Shown one piece after another: positions 10,601 to 15,364 of a stretch of DNA of 64,000 bases. How positions within the stretch are numbered: position 1 is the stretch's first letter; each line of letters begins with the position of its first letter. Location of the stretch: the IMG/VR virus record IMGVR_UViG_3300023199_000051, positions 64,001 to 128,000 of that record; one strand, given 5' to 3'. The notes beneath the pieces are model-generated. The model had not been told where the DNA came from, made no database searches, and was given only the letters and a program-made list of their open reading frames with translations. This DNA comes from a virus. The position numbers and the translations under genes are program-made.

Positions 10601-10734
10601 AGACGTCCGGCGTCGAACAGCTCCGCGTTCAGATGCGCACTGATCCTCGCATGCCCGAGGAGTACCAGAAGATCATCGAGGAGGGCGGGCAGAAGTCCAC
10701 GCTGACACACAAGTTCATCCCCGACCTCCAGTGA
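7663..10734 (+). CDS. GHKL-family (MutL/HSP90/MORC-like) ATPase fused to a zincin-like HExxH domain and a C-terminal coiled coil
   Basis: AGGAGG SD; N box REALQNSSDA, G1 box FEDNGVGM, G2 box GGFGVAK; CHEIAH..GHNESF. Confidence 0.85.
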   Translation: MAAQDHSRLRRRAPIDMDDAPGDLPERGVVEPLSLADAARTYRALGTLGRKILPYLEQARDVVCTPVGRRTVIKSLDYVCATQAKSRVSRKALRVEPKLVERLATTIERSPCGCGVSPAQQKRAVEYLHALSQTIEPVPIGGGETIYSGEMGVDAAAMWQMMTQDLYGDNDLVALAVREALQNSSDAVNTAQRSRGEHGITPGEGYFAVTWEEDEGGETGTLTFEDNGVGMNQDILINKFLVLGATGKGEDVESVGGFGVAKAVILGVTPTGRWEVHTRDLGAKPIPGSMSYDVYRMPYRQGTKIVCYDVPTKDMYSRVFSAWYAVEQRIKAILAFSDTGRIDLLYNGLPVTTSFPRRRGFHLKYADLDWGDGNEVTVKRYRRTAGTGSGNFYVRLVTGSGVGESSLIQFTEGPGGDTIMKSDIVIDIRTTNRPRDTEYPLNASRDRFKSASSASWAFRQLKETFIRESASADEDREYDTLLPDSSDPKERKGAEQFGAAMRKVMEDDDFKAMYDEVMGVASEFYEEQQEVKQEPDVSKGERQVPVPGEKKPDPYAGWRQVQRAIPKTAEEADTTEGRRKLGEAIEVVLTDIEGGKPGQLVWGDTKDALTSLQAGGSINDWQAKALLDAFDKAPDIQAKDKDQVGTSNVATSMTLSELGKRVSDLVQRNPAVPAYVKEEVKKKASKVNPFGTAGAVKISRQNYDKRKARRFLKKAAKYIPMLVLWDITLRMIAQEGGVQIPFRPGFVLDDTVRGVCASEGEAGSYEFRNYVMVHPDRLKETVKAHKNHPNAIATYLHTVACHEIAHLPRIGQGHNESFVVAREDLAFGTAHLLPAIEKAVVKTLKLDPKPSKALRKKLNAARREGRKQGRDQYRDKVKKLRKQLRELEADAAKDDRDVDKLLDEYEDIRQDRDRLKRIVESRQEATGALVARLNALVDYHDFRAWLKQSGTPFLPEGTSALDFLDWLDQHPRMAADAFLETSGVEQLRVQMRTDPRMPEEYQKIIEEGGQKSTLTHKFIPDLQ

Positions 10735-10752
10735 TCCCAGGAGTCTACTCCT

Positions 10753-11259
10753 ATGCTGCCCTTCTACAGGGTGATCGTCGCCCCTCGTTTCCTGGGACTG
10801 CTCTCCGAGCTGGCCCCGATCAGCATCGGCAACATCACCATCTGGCCTTTCGTCATCGTCCGCGACTCCATGGGAGAAGTTGAGGAGCGGCATGAAGCCA
10901 TCCACGTCCTCCAGCAGGGAGAGTGTGCCGTGCTGGTTGTCCTGGCTTTGCTCGCCGCAGCTGCCCTGACCACCCCCCTGCTCCTGTTCCTGCTCCCCTT
11001 CCTGCTGCCTGCCGGATGGCCGCTGTACGCGCCGCTGTACTACAGCTCCTACGCCATTGCATGGCTGTGGTACTCGAAGTCATGGAAGACGCGAGCTGCA
11101 GACCTCCAGAACCGCTGGGGCCTACGGCGCAAGCCCAACACCCGCGGCAAGGTGGCCTACCTGTCCATCCCCTTCGAGCAAGAGGCGTATGCCAACGAGG
11201 ACAGCAAGTCCTACCTCGACAAACGCCCCCTGCTTGCCTGGGTGCGATTCTCTGTCTAG
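10753..11259 (+). CDS. Small membrane protein with HExxH...E (gluzincin-like) motif
   Basis: HEAIHVLQQ, hydrophobic stretch, IPFEQEAYANE; 168 aa. Confidence 0.7.
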   Translation: MLPFYRVIVAPRFLGLLSELAPISIGNITIWPFVIVRDSMGEVEERHEAIHVLQQGECAVLVVLALLAAAALTTPLLLFLLPFLLPAGWPLYAPLYYSSYAIAWLWYSKSWKTRAADLQNRWGLRRKPNTRGKVAYLSIPFEQEAYANEDSKSYLDKRPLLAWVRFSV

Positions 11260-11263
11260 CAGC

Positions 11264-11587
11264 TCATCCTGCATCCTCAGTCTGTCGGGCCTTCCGGTGG
11301 GCACTGAGCACTCGCCGCATTTCTGGCTTGCTACGCGACACCGTGCGGATTTGATGGCTCCGATCGAGTAGCACATTGCTGCCCTGCTTCGCGCAGTGAT
11401 CGGTCTCGCCATTGTCCCACCACACCCGATCTCCGGCTGCGAGAGGGCACATGCCGTCAGACGTCCACTTCTTCCAACGCACGACGACGCCGCGGTAGTC
11501 GTGCCCGCCACCTGCATCACCCAGCTCTACAACACGCATGGTGCGGTAGTTGGTCTGGCCTGCCTTCCAGCAAAGGTCATCTGGCAC
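11264..11587 (-). CDS. Hypothetical protein (107 aa)
   Basis: AGGAGG 6 nt before GTG at 11587 (MPDDLCWKAG...), in frame with track ORF 11264..11644. Confidence 0.55.
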   Translation of the reverse strand: MPDDLCWKAGQTNYRTMRVVELGDAGGGHDYRGVVVRWKKWTSDGMCPLAAGDRVWWDNGETDHCAKQGSNVLLDRSHQIRTVSRSKPEMRRVLSAHRKARQTEDAG

Positions 11588-11650
11588 CGCACGCCTCCTG
11601 GCTCTCAGAGCACTACACCATGAGACTGTAGCGTGTCGTGCCACAAGATG

Positions 11651-12244
11651 CTAGGCAGCGCCTACGAACTGCTGCCAGTCTTCGGGGAGCCCTTGCTTCT
11701 GCAGGATGATGCGCAAGCTCTCGCGCGCATTTGGCTGTGACGGTCGCTGGGGCAGGAAGCCGGCCTCTTCAGGTGTCTTGTCTCCCTTGGCGTGGTTGCA
11801 CGGCTTGCAGGCCGTCACCACGTTGTCCCAGCCCGTGACCGGTACCTTGTGCCCACTCCACGGCAGCTTGACCAGCACGCGACGCTCAGTGCCGCGACGG
11901 ACCTCGAAGCTCCGCGAGCGCGGCACGACGTGGTCGAGGGTGAGCTTGTGGGTTGCTGGAGAGCCGTCACGCCGCAGGGGCCGGATCCCGCAGTACACGC
12001 AGGCGTACCGGTCGCGGGCGAAGACGTTGGCACGCTTGTAGCGCACCCGGCCACCATCGCTGACATACTCCTTGACGGCCACGACGCTGGGCCACGCCAT
12101 CTCGAAGTTTGCCGAGCGAATGACCTTGCCAGCTGCTTCGCAGATCACGTTGACCTTCTCGGCGAGGATCAGGCACACAGCCCGCTCCCACGACACGACG
12201 TGGAGCGGTGCGAAGTCGGCGTTGAGTACGAGTACGGAGTCCAT
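11651..12244 (-). CDS. HNH endonuclease (McrA-like)
   Basis: MDSVLVLNADFAPL..RANVFARDRYACVYCG..LTLDHVVPRS..WDNVVTACKPCNHAKG; true start at 12244, the upstream part of the track ORF is tRNA sequence. Confidence 0.9.
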   Translation of the reverse strand: MDSVLVLNADFAPLHVVSWERAVCLILAEKVNVICEAAGKVIRSANFEMAWPSVVAVKEYVSDGGRVRYKRANVFARDRYACVYCGIRPLRRDGSPATHKLTLDHVVPRSRSFEVRRGTERRVLVKLPWSGHKVPVTGWDNVVTACKPCNHAKGDKTPEEAGFLPQRPSQPNARESLRIILQKQGLPEDWQQFVGAA

Positions 12245-12298
12245 GACGATCGTCCCTGCCGGAGAATCTACATCGCGTGTGCATGGTCTGCAACAAAG

Positions 12299-12374
12299 TG
12301 GCGCCCTCGGCAGGGCTCGAACCTGCACCCGTCGGCTTAGGAGGCCGCCGCTCCTCCAGTTGAGCTTCGAGGGC
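12299..12374 (-). tRNA. trnR: tRNA-Arg(CCT)
   Basis: Cloverleaf, loop CT-CCT-AA, TTCGA T loop, encoded CCA. Confidence 0.92.
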
Positions 12375-12378
12375 ATTG

Positions 12379-12455
12379 TGGAGCGCCCAGGGGGACTCGA
12401 ACCCGCCAACGCACGGCTTAGAACACCGGTGCTCATCCAGTTGAGCTTCAGGCGC
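12379..12455 (-). tRNA. trnR: tRNA-Arg(TCT)
   Basis: Loop GT-TCT-AA, encoded CCA. Confidence 0.88.
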
Positions 12456-12460
12456 ATGTA

Positions 12461-12537
12461 TGGAGCTGCCGGCGGGAGTCGAACCCGCACCTCCAGGGAT
12501 GAAAACCCCGGCGACCTTCCAGTGGTTCCACGGCAGC
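12461..12537 (-). tRNA. trnE: tRNA-Glu(TTC)
   Basis: Loop TT-TTC-AT, encoded CCA. Confidence 0.85.
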
Positions 12538-12543
12538 GTGAAG

Positions 12544-12618
12544 TGGTGCGCAGACAGGGACTCGAACCCTGGACAGCCCCCATGTAAAGGGGGATCCTCA
12601 CCGTTCGGACTTCTGCGC
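12544..12618 (-). tRNA. trnV: tRNA-Val(TAC)
   Basis: CCCCC-TT-TAC-AT-GGGGG, encoded CCA. Confidence 0.92.
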
Positions 12619-12621
12619 AGA

Positions 12622-12697
12622 TGGTGGAGCCAGTGAGAATCGAACTCACCACAGCTTGCTTGCAAGGCAGGCTCGCCCCCTTGGAACATGTGACCCC
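12622..12697 (-). tRNA. trnA: tRNA-Ala(TGC)
   Basis: Loop CT-TGC-AA, G3:U70 pair, encoded CCA. Confidence 0.9.
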
Positions 12698-12704
12698 ATC
12701 GCAG

Positions 12705-12780
12705 TGGAGTGGGTGACGGGAGTCGAACCCGCCTGGGCCGGCTTGGAAGGCCGGTACCTCACCATCGAGGAGACACCCAC
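12705..12780 (-). tRNA. trnG: tRNA-Gly(TCC)
   Basis: CCGGC-CT-TCC-AA-GCCGG, U73, encoded CCA. Confidence 0.92.
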
Positions 12781-12841
12781 ATTGGAAGGTTCGAAGACAG
12801 CCTCTTCGACGGACACTCTGGCTACCCTTCCTCTCGCCATC

Positions 12842-12909
12842 TGGAGCCCCGCCGGACATCGAAGTCCGCATGGCGGGATACAACGCCGCACTAGGCGCCT
12901 GCACGGGGC
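12842..12909 (-). tRNA. Atypical 68-nt tRNA with reduced D arm; anticodon TGT (Thr) or GTA (Tyr) depending on register
   Basis: 7-bp acceptor GCCCCGT/GCGGGGC, T stem CGGAC/GTCCG with 6-nt loop, UCCA end. Confidence 0.6.
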
Positions 12910-12910
12910 A

Positions 12911-12988
12911 TGGTGTGAGGAGGTGGGACTTGAACCCACAGCGCACCTCTTCAGCGAGGCTGCCCCTCCCTGCTGGCACCCTCCTCAC
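12911..12988 (-). tRNA. Atypical or pseudo tRNA (8-bp acceptor stem, distorted Phe-like CTGAAGA anticodon region)
   Basis: GTGAGGAG/CTCCTCAC, T arm GTGGG-TTCAAGT-CCCAC, best anticodon stem GCCTC/GAGGT leaves a 6-nt loop GCTGAA; ACCA end. Confidence 0.55.
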
Positions 12989-12997
12989 ATTGATAGG

Positions 12998-13073
12998 TGG
13001 CTGGGGCGGCGGGAATCGAACCCGCGGTGACCGGGACCAAAATCCGGTGCCTTACCGACTTGGCTACACCCCA
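12998..13073 (-). tRNA. trnQ: tRNA-Gln(TTG)
   Basis: U1-A72, loop TT-TTG-GT, encoded CCA. Confidence 0.92.
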
Positions 13074-13077
13074 GCAA

Positions 13078-13148
13078 TGGAGGCGGCGCCCGGAGTCGAA
13101 CCGGGACGGCTGAGGTTGCAACCCAGCCTCCGGCCGCCGGTCACCGCC
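13078..13148 (-). tRNA. trnC: tRNA-Cys(GCA)
   Basis: Loop TT-GCA-AC, U73, encoded CCA. Confidence 0.88.
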
Positions 13149-13155
13149 CATCAAG

Positions 13156-13231
13156 TGGCTGCCCCTTCAGGGATCGAACCTGAGTCTCTCGGTTCAGAGC
13201 CGAGTATCCATGCCAGCTGGACCAAGGGGCA
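13156..13231 (-). tRNA. trnQ: tRNA-Gln(CTG)
   Basis: CTCGG-CT-CTG-AA-CCGAG, U1-A72, encoded CCA. Confidence 0.92.
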
Positions 13232-13234
13232 ATG

Positions 13235-13310
13235 TGGTTGAGGCCCTGGGAGTTGAACCCAGCACGCTGCACTTATCAGGCGCGGCAGAGCTACCGGCAT
13301 CTCGACCTCA
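13235..13310 (-). tRNA. trnI: tRNA-Ile(GAT)
   Basis: Loop CT-GAT-AA, weak D arm, encoded CCA. Confidence 0.8.
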
Positions 13311-13311
13311 A

Positions 13312-13389
13312 TGGCGCCTCGTCTGGGACTCGAACCCAGCACCTCTCGATTAACAGTCGAGCGCTTCGAACCAGTTGAGCTTCCGAGGC
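13312..13389 (-). tRNA. trnN: tRNA-Asn(GTT)
   Basis: CTCGA-CT-GTT-AA-TCGAG, G73, encoded CCA. Confidence 0.92.
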
Positions 13390-13393
13390 AAGA

Positions 13394-13468
13394 TGGTACT
13401 GCCGGCGGGATTCGAACCCGCACCTCCCCGGCTGAGAACCGAGTGACCTTCCTGTAGTCGACGGCAGC
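13394..13468 (-). tRNA. trnE: tRNA-Glu(CTC)
   Basis: CTCGG-TT-CTC-AG-CCGGG, encoded CCA. Confidence 0.9.
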
Positions 13469-13545
13469 GTGTGGACGAGGCAGTTTTTGCAGCCGGCTAC
13501 TGCCCCCGACGACACGTCCCGTGCCGGGTCTTCTGCAGACCAAGA

Positions 13546-13620
13546 TGGTAGCGCGGGTTGGAGTTGAACCAACGAACTGAGGGGTATGAACCCTCCGTGC
13601 GACCGTCGCACCGCCGCGCA
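13546..13620 (-). tRNA. trnfM: Initiator tRNA-fMet(CAT)
   Basis: Loop TT-CAT-AC, three consecutive G-C pairs at base of anticodon stem, 1:72 mismatch, encoded CCA. Confidence 0.85.
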
Positions 13621-13626
13621 TCAAAG

Positions 13627-13702
13627 TGGTCGGGGTAGCAGGAGTCGAACCTACCGCTTCTTGCTCCCAAAGCAAGCGTCGCACCAACGCGACTCTACCC
13701 CG
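13627..13702 (-). tRNA. trnP: tRNA-Pro(TGG)
   Basis: CTTGC-TT-TGG-GA-GCAAG, C1-G72, encoded CCA. Confidence 0.92.
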
Positions 13703-13709
13703 AGTGAGG

Positions 13710-13787
13710 TGGCGGGAATGACGGGGCTCGAACCCGCTGACTCCGACGTGACAGGCCGGTGCATCGTCCAACTTCTGCTCCATCCCC
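13710..13787 (-). tRNA. trnD: tRNA-Asp(GTC)
   Basis: Loop CT-GTC-AC, G73, encoded CCA. Confidence 0.92.
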
Positions 13788-13788
13788 A

Positions 13789-13866
13789 TGGGGTGAATGA
13801 CGGGTCTCGAACCCGCTACCTCGCGGCCCACAACCGCACGCTTCGACCACTTCAGCCTCATCCACC
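13789..13866 (-). tRNA. trnH: tRNA-His(GTG)
   Basis: Loop TT-GTG-GG, encoded G-1 opposite C73, CCA. Confidence 0.92.
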
Positions 13867-13867
13867 A

Positions 13868-13943
13868 TGGCACCCTCAGCGGGGATCGAACCCGCAACCT
13901 CTGCCTTCGGAGGGCAGCGCTCATCCTGTTGAGCTTCGAGGGT
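13868..13943 (-). tRNA. trnR: tRNA-Arg(CCG)
   Basis: CTGCC-CT-CCG-AA-GGCAG, encoded CCA. Confidence 0.92.
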
Positions 13944-14003
13944 GCAGAGAGGGCTGGTAGGCCCTCTCGCAGACCATACGTATGCACGATGTCAAAGAAG
14001 AAA

Positions 14004-14079
14004 TGGCTGGGGTGGTGGGACTCGAACCCACAGCCGCTCGATTCGTAGTCGAGTGCTCATCCAGTTGAGCTTCACCCCA
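14004..14079 (-). tRNA. trnR: tRNA-Arg(ACG)
   Basis: CTCGA-CT-ACG-AA-TCGAG, encoded CCA. Confidence 0.92.
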
Positions 14080-14104
14080 TCAGGTGGACCGTAGCCCACA
14101 AACG

Positions 14105-14142
14105 ACGAAGCCCCCGAGGCCGTGAGGCGCCGGGGGCTTCGT
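14105..14142 (-). terminator. GC-rich hairpin, intrinsic terminator or attenuator candidate
   Basis: ACGAAGCCCCCG...CGGGGGCTTCGT 12-bp stem followed on the minus strand by CGTTTGT. Confidence 0.65.
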
Positions 14143-14315
14143 TGAGGCTGTGTCTGTTCGACGGCTACCTCATGCCACCCCCGGCTGCGGGCTCGTTCGG
14201 GATCTGATGATCCGCGACTCGCCGCACCACGCATGTACCCGTACCTTCGGGCCTGGCGGCTCGCTGGGATCTGGGGGTGGTTGGGAAGGTGAGCATGGAA
14301 GGTGTACCTCTGTCT
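14143..14315 (-). ncRNA. Structured leader or small RNA (long interrupted rod)
   Basis: Nested pairings 14167-14175/14293-14303, 14175-14182/14273-14280, 14209-14217/14261-14271, 14221-14225/14256-14260; lies between a promoter and a hairpin. Confidence 0.5.
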
Positions 14316-14321
14316 GCCTCA

Positions 14322-14350
14322 GGTCTACTGGACCTGGCCGCTGCCGTCAA
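14322..14350 (-). promoter_or_regulatory. sigma70-type promoter
   Basis: TTGACG-17 nt-TAGACC. Confidence 0.6.
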
Positions 14351-14363
14351 GAAAAAGGTGAAA

Positions 14364-14452
14364 TGGAGGAGAGTAGAGGAGTCGAACCCCCACGCGCGGA
14401 GCGCACCCCCAGCTTTCGAGGCTGGTCGCCGGCCTTCCCAGCGGTACTCTCC
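14364..14452 (-). tRNA. trnS: tRNA-Ser(CGA)
   Basis: CCAGC-CT-CGA-AA-GCTGG, long variable arm, encoded CCA. Confidence 0.92.
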
Positions 14453-14455
14453 AGG

Positions 14456-14544
14456 TGGAGGAGAGAGGCGGAATCGAACCGCACGGCTTGTCACCGCGCA
14501 CCGGGTAGCAACCGGCCCCCCGCACCAGCTAGGGGTCTCTCTCC
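14456..14544 (-). tRNA. trnS: tRNA-Ser(GCT)
   Basis: Loop TT-GCT-AC, long variable arm, encoded CCA. Confidence 0.9.
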
Positions 14545-14550
14545 ATGAAG

Positions 14551-14626
14551 TGGCAGGCGCGGTGGGACTCGAACCCACAGCCGGCGGGTTTGGAATCCGC
14601 TGCTCGGCCAGTTGAGCTTCACGCCT
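14551..14626 (-). tRNA. trnW: tRNA-Trp(CCA)
   Basis: Loop TT-CCA-AA, G73, encoded CCA. Confidence 0.92.
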
Positions 14627-14631
14627 TCAAG

Positions 14632-14718
14632 TGGTGCTCGGGGCGGGGGTCGAACCCGCACGGGATTGCTCCCACCAGGGCCTAAACCTGGCGCGTCTTC
14701 CGCTTCCGCCACCCGAGC
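14632..14718 (-). tRNA. trnL: tRNA-Leu(TAG)
   Basis: CCAGG-TT-TAG-GC-CCTGG, long variable arm, A73, CCA. Confidence 0.92.
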
Positions 14719-14723
14719 AAGGG

Positions 14724-14799
14724 TGGTGGGCTGTCTGGGGATCGAACCCAGCGCCTCCAGATTAAGAGTCTGGTGCATCGCCAATGATGCTTACAGCCC
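14724..14799 (-). tRNA. trnK: tRNA-Lys(CTT)
   Basis: CCAGA-CT-CTT-AA-TCTGG, encoded CCA. Confidence 0.93.
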
Positions 14800-14804
14800 G
14801 CAAG

Positions 14805-14880
14805 TGGTGGCACCGGTAGGAATCGAACCCACGTCTCCTGGTCTTCAGCCAGGCGCTTGAACCGTCTCAGCTACGGTGCC
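14805..14880 (-). tRNA. trnF: tRNA-Phe(GAA)
   Basis: CCTGG-CT-GAA-GA-CCAGG, encoded CCA. Confidence 0.93.
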
Positions 14881-14881
14881 A

Positions 14882-14970
14882 TGGTGGTCCTGGTGGGAGT
14901 CGAACCCACACGAGGGTTGCCCCTCACCGGAGCTTGAAACCGGCGCGTACTCCTGTTTCGCCACAGGACC
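14882..14970 (-). tRNA. trnL: tRNA-Leu(CAA)
   Basis: Loop TT-CAA-GC, long variable arm, encoded CCA. Confidence 0.92.
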
Positions 14971-15013
14971 TTGAACAACAGCGATGTCAATGAGCACGGG
15001 GCACCCTGCAACA

Positions 15014-15053
15014 ACGAAGCCCCCTCCGGCCGGGTGGCGGGAGGGGGCTTCGT
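15014..15053 (-). terminator. GC-rich hairpin, intrinsic terminator or attenuator candidate (related to 14105-14142)
   Basis: ACGAAGCCCCCTCC...GGAGGGGGCTTCGT 14-bp stem followed on the minus strand by TGTTG. Confidence 0.65.
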
Positions 15054-15164
15054 AGACGACAGTGTGCGACGCTACCGAGACCCCTCCGAGCCAGGCTTCA
15101 GCCAAGACAGCGTAAAGCTGCTGGTGAGTGAGCTGGGAAGGGTGAGCAAGTGTGTCATGGTGGT

Positions 15165-15193
15165 GATGTAGCAGATGCAGGGTGTGGTGTCAA
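15165..15193 (-). promoter_or_regulatory. sigma70-type promoter for the tRNA array
   Basis: TTGACA-17 nt-TACATC with extended -10 TG. Confidence 0.65.
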
Positions 15194-15206
15194 CACTGAG
15201 GCGTGA

Positions 15207-15243
15207 CGCCCCCCGAGGACTACTCGTGAGTGCTCGGGGGGCG
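15207..15243 (-). terminator. Hairpin downstream of the membrane-gene operon
   Basis: CGCCCCCCGAG...CTCGGGGGGCG 11-bp inverted repeat. Confidence 0.55.
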
Positions 15244-15254
15244 CTGGGTATCGC

Positions 15255-15288
15255 CGAGCATCAGGTGTGTCTCCCCACCTGATGCTCG
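15255..15288. repeat. Perfect 13-bp inverted repeat
   Basis: CGAGCATCAGGTG-8 nt-CACCTGATGCTCG. Confidence 0.85.
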
Positions 15289-15364
15289 ATTCTCTCTGCG
15301 CAGCTTTCATGCGCGCCCAGGGCATAGCGTCCCTCTCAGGTGCGTGCAAGGCCCGATCCCCAGA

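Noticed and set aside
12911-12988. Selenocysteine tRNA (8/5 stems)
   Set aside because: No UCA anticodon on the transcribed strand and no long variable arm
13960-13995. Internal promoter from TTGACA at 13995 (also at 14990)
   Set aside because: No -10 element at 16-18 nt spacing; only a CATACGTATG palindrome nearby
14230-14262. SRP (4.5S) RNA from the CAGGCCCGAAGG string
   Set aside because: Lacks the GGAA tetraloop and following GGAAGCAG internal-loop motif
14632-14718. Amber suppressor or alternative genetic code
   Set aside because: Anticodon UAG reads CUA (Leu); TAG and TGA act as normal stops in coupled genes
12245-14970. Track ORFs across the tRNA array, including the first 248 aa of 11651..12988 and 13151..13987
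   Set aside because: They are translations of tRNA genes; only the HNH part from 12244 is coding
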